The notes beneath the pieces were generated by a model. The model saw nothing but the letters and a program-made list of their open reading frames with translations. It ran no database searches and was not told where the DNA came from. Shown one piece after another: positions 59,899 through 64,000 of a stretch of 64,000 nucleotides of DNA. Made by a program: the position numbers and the translations under genes. Every line of letters begins with the position of its first letter. The first letter of the stretch is position 1. The DNA is taken from NCBI GenBank assembly GCA_030390025.1, contig JASTWF010000329.1:248001-312000 (forward strand), in the 5' to 3' direction. The DNA is from Squalus acanthias. Its lineage: Eukaryota.

Positions 59899-61348
59899 TC
59901 ACATGTGAACTCACTGGAGTCTCAGCAGGTGGGGTGAATTTCTTCCCACACACAGGATATTGAAACAGCCTCTCTCCAGTATCAATGCGCTGATCGTGCA
60001 TCAGCTGCTTTGAACTTTGAAAGCTTTCTCACAGTCAAAGTATATAAAGCAACTGTTCTCAATGTGGACACTCTGGAGTGTCAACTGGTGGGACAACGGA
60101 GTGAATCCCTTCCCACACATGACGTATCTAAACGGTCTCTCTCCGGTGTGACTGTGCTGGTGTGTCAGTAAATGGGATGATCGATTGAATCCCTTTCCAC
60201 ATACAGACCACTGAACGGATTCTCCCCTTTATGAACATGTTCGTGTGCTAATAGGTGAGATGAGTGAGTGAATCTCTTTCCACACTTACCTTGTGAACGG
60301 CCTCTCCCTGGTGTGACTGTATCCATGAGTTTCCACCTCAGACGGTCAACTCCATTCATTCCCACAGTCCCCACATTTACACTGTTGATTCAGGTGGGCG
60401 CACGAGTCTCACAGGCTAGATGATTGGTTGAAGGTGGGTTCGTGCCACTCAAGTGCCAGGCAATGACTATCTCCAACAAGCGAGAGTCTAACCACCACCC
60501 CTTGACATTCAACGGCATTGCCATCACCGAATCCCCCACCATCAACATCCTGGGGGTCACCATTGACCAGTAACTTAACTGGACCAGCCACATAAATACT
60601 GTGGCAACAAGAGCAGGTCAGAGGCTAGGTATTCTGCGGTGAGTGTCTCACCTCCTGACTCCACAAAGCCTTTCCACCATCTACAAGGCACAAGTAAGGA
60701 GTGTGATGGAATACTCTCCACTTGCCTGGATGAGTGCAGCTCCAACAACACTCAAGAAGCTCGACACCATCCAGGACAATGCAGTCCACTTGATTGGCAC
60801 CCCCTCTATCACCTTAAACATTTACTCCCTCCCCCACCGGCGTACCGTGGCTGCAGTGTGTACCATCTACAAGATGCACTGCAGCAACTCGCCAAGGCTT
60901 CTTCGGCAGCACCTCCCAAACCCACGACCTCTCCCACCTAGAAGGACAAGGGCAGCAGGCACATGGGAACACCACCACCTCCAAGTTCCCCTCCAAGTCA
61001 CACACCACCCCGACTGAGAAGAATATCGGCGATCCTTCATCGTCGCTGGGTCAAAATCCTGGAACCCCCTCCCTAACAGCACTGTGGGAGTACCATCACC
61101 ACCACCTTCTCAAAGGCAGTTAGGAATGGGCAATAAATGTTGGCCTTGCCAGCGATGCCCACATCCCAGAAACAAATTTAAAAAAATTGACAGAATACGA
61201 ATCCTGTTTCTCCCGCTGTGATTGGTGTTTTTCCTTCTATATCCAAAGGCCGATGATATTCAGGTCCTGATGAAACTGGTCAATCTGTCAGATCTTGAGG
61301 CGATATTTTGTTTGAGTTTCCATCAGCAGATCCTCCCCTACTGACACT
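59899..61348 (-). pseudogene. Type C ZNF pseudogene (C2), inverted paralog of 36710-38195
   Basis: Same LINE insertion and same degenerate fingers; near-identical ORF-track peptides. Confidence 0.82.
60439..61188 (+). mobile_element. CR1-group LINE 3' fragment inside C2
   Basis: ORF 60643..61017 YKAQVRSVMEYSPLAW... Confidence 0.9.
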
Positions 61349-62715
61349 CTGAAATGGGGTTTACAAATGTTGTTACTTTAAGTGCAGGATAGAAAGTCAG
61401 AACAGACAATTCTAGTTCCTAAAGAACGTTCTGTCCTCTCCTGCCCCTCCTAAGCTGTAAATTCCCCATTCTACAAACTCTGCCTCCATCCTTACTGTCT
61501 AAAATCAACATTCATTACACTGGCTGGGATTTTGTTTCTCCCCTTCTCTCCAGAAGGCGCTGAATCTGGCTGGGTGCAATTCCACAGGCATTAGTTAACC
61601 TCTAGTGCCTCACCGTCAGCCGACTCAGTGAGTGTCAGCAGCATTTCCCCTGTGGTAGGCATCACAGCCGAGTCCAATCCTGCCCTCAATTGACATCCAT
61701 ACACTTCCCAGTTGATGTGACTGGATCTCCATCAAGAGCAGGGGCAGTGGCTGATTCTTCCTCTTATTTAGCCCAGTGGTGCTGAGGCCAATTATAACCC
61801 CTGAACTGCTGCCTTGGTTGAGATCAACTAACAGCCCAGATCAAGGATTGAATTTGTGACCTTCCCAGTCAGTAGTGCAGAGTGTTTTAAAGGGGGGGGG
61901 GGGGGGGGGGAGGGTTAGAACAGAATATTTTGAAACAAATGCTATTCCACCTTTAAAGGAAACCTTCGTCACACTGCAAAATTCTGAAGTCTTTCCAAAT
62001 TAAACAAGCAAGTCAAATGGATCATCAAAAATAGTGAGACTTTTTAGAAAGGCTCAAGTCACTGAAACAGACAGGTTTACAATCACTGCACAGTACAGAA
62101 GGGAGCGACTGTTCATGGGAGCTCTGTTAGTGAAGTCCGCCGACACTCCAAGATAAACGGGTCTGTCCCTTTAACTATAAATATGCAGAGAAAGGGGAGT
62201 CCCTGTCCCTTTTAATATCTGGCCCATTCTCCCAGGCAGTGGGAGGAGGAACAGCTCGCGGTCTCTTTATAACCGAGCCCAGTTGGCCACGCGCAGGGAC
62301 CCGCTCTGTGTGGAGGCGGGGCCTCGGGAAACTGCTCTACGTGCGGACAACTTACACTGAGACACCAAATCCAGGGACCATTTACACTGTGACACCAAAT
62401 CAAGGGACCACTTACACTGTGACACCAAATGAAAAAGGATGTGCTCAGTTACACTGGTGTTGTCAACAGTTGTTTCTATCCCTAACCCGAACCCGTTAAT
62501 AGGAGATCTGTTAACTGAGACCTCCGACACTCCAAGACAAAGAAGACTGTCCCTTTAAATATAAATATGCAGAGAAATGTGAGTCACTGTCCCTTTAAAT
62601 ATCTGCCCCATTCCTCCAGGCAGTGGGAGGAGGAACAGGGCGCGGTCCCTTTATATCCTGAACCAGCGGGCCCCGCCAGATGGGCTGCCACATGTAGGAA
62701 CCCCCTCTGTGTGGG

Positions 62716-63146
62716 GATCACTTACATTGAGACACCAAATCCAGGGATCACTTACACTGTGGCTCCAAATCCAAGCACCACTTACAATCAGACACGAAAT
62801 CCAGGGACCACTAACACTGAGACACCAAATCCAGGGACCACTTACACTGTGACACCAAATCCAGGGATCACTTACACTGTGGCTCCAAATCCAGGGAGCA
62901 CTTACAGTGTGACACGAAATCCAGGGACCACTTACACCCAGACACCAAATCCAAGGTAAACTTACACTGAGACACCAAATCCAGGGACCACTTACACTGA
63001 GACACCAAATCCAGGGACCACTTACACCCAGACACCAAATCCAAGGACCATTTACAGTGTTACACCAATTCCAGGGAGCACTTACACTATGACACTAGAT
63101 CCAGGGACCACTTACTGTGTGACACCAAATCTAAAGACCACTTACA
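62716..63146. repeat. 30-bp minisatellite, ~14 copies (plus ~3 copies at 62350-62431)
   Basis: Reverse complement of the 35185-35702 unit. Confidence 0.93.
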
Positions 63147-64000
63147 TAGAAACATAGAAGATAGGAGCAGGAGTAGGCCAGTCGGCCCCTCGAGCCTGTT
63201 CCGCCATTTAATGAGATCATGGCTGATCATCCAAATTCAGTACCCTGTCCCTGCTTTCTCCCCATATCCCTTGATCCCTTTAGCCTTAAGAAATATATCT
63301 AACACCTTCTTGAATATATTTAATGAATTGGCCTCAACTGCCTTGTGTGGTAGAGAATTCCACAGGTTCACCACTCTCTGGGTGAAGAAATTCCTCCTCA
63401 TCTCTGTCCTAAATGGCTTACCCCTTATCCTTAGACTGTGACCCCCTGGTTCTGGACTCCCCCGCCATCGGGAACATCCTTCCTGCATCTAGTCTGTCTA
63501 GTCCTGTTAGAATTTTATAAGTTTCAATGAGATCCCCTCTCATTCTTCTAAACTCCAGCGACTAAAAGCCGAATCGACCCAATCTCTCCTCATACGTCAT
63601 TCCTGCCATCCCAGGTATCAGTCTGGTGAATCTTCGCTGCACTCCCTCCATGGCAAGAACATCCTTCCTCAGATAAGGTGACCAAAACTGCACACAATAC
63701 TTAAGGTGTGGTCTCACCAAGGCCCTGTACAACTGCAGCAAGACATCCTTGCTCCTGTACTCGAATCCTCTCGCTATGAAGGCCAACATACCATTTGCCT
63801 TCTTAACCGCCTGCTGCACTTGCATGCTTACCTTCAGCGACTGGTGCACAAGGACACCCAGGTCTCGTTGCACTTTCCCTTTTCCCAATCTATTGCCGTT
63901 CAAATAATAATCTGTCTTCCTGTTTTTGCCACCGAAGTGGATAACCTCGCATTTATCCACATTATACTGCATTTGCCATGCATCTGCCCAATCACCCAAC
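63144..64000 (-). mobile_element. CR1 LINE 3' part (same subfamily as 6372-8054 and 45420-47078), runs off the window
   Basis: DWADAWQMQYNVDKCEVIHFG...LVRPHLKYCVQFWSP; (CATAGAAA)n tail. Confidence 0.95.

Noticed and set aside
61892..61915. Poly-G tract as a G-quadruplex element
   Set aside because: The paralogous site (~36123-36167) is an interrupted C-rich tract; likely slippage or homopolymer error

Overview
This is vertebrate genomic DNA, most likely from a shark or other elasmobranch (inferred from an HE1/V-SINE-like element, a DeuSINE-like head and the CR1 families). The window is a rapidly evolving cluster of tandem C2H2 zinc-finger (ZNF) genes built by segmental duplication. Three paralog types are visible. 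Type B has a single coding exon starting MEAESTV: three intact copies (13644-14681, 29735-31276, 52490-53527) and one prematurely stopped copy (21068-22499). Type A has two copies with decayed N-terminal fingers and an ACG in strong Kozak context (1269-2306, 39618-40486), plus one remnant lacking its fingers (58180-58272). Type C has two LINE-disrupted pseudogenes (36710-38195, 59899-61348). No KRAB or other effector domain is visible. CpG-island promoters with NRF1- and YY1-like motifs each sit next to a type-specific minisatellite of variable copy number. The rest is many truncated or nested CR1 LINE fragments, SINEs, Penelope-like fragments with minimal hammerhead ribozyme cores, and several other tandem arrays. 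Most ORF-track entries are artefacts of repeats or LINE fragments. Boundaries and copy numbers were read by eye and are approximate.
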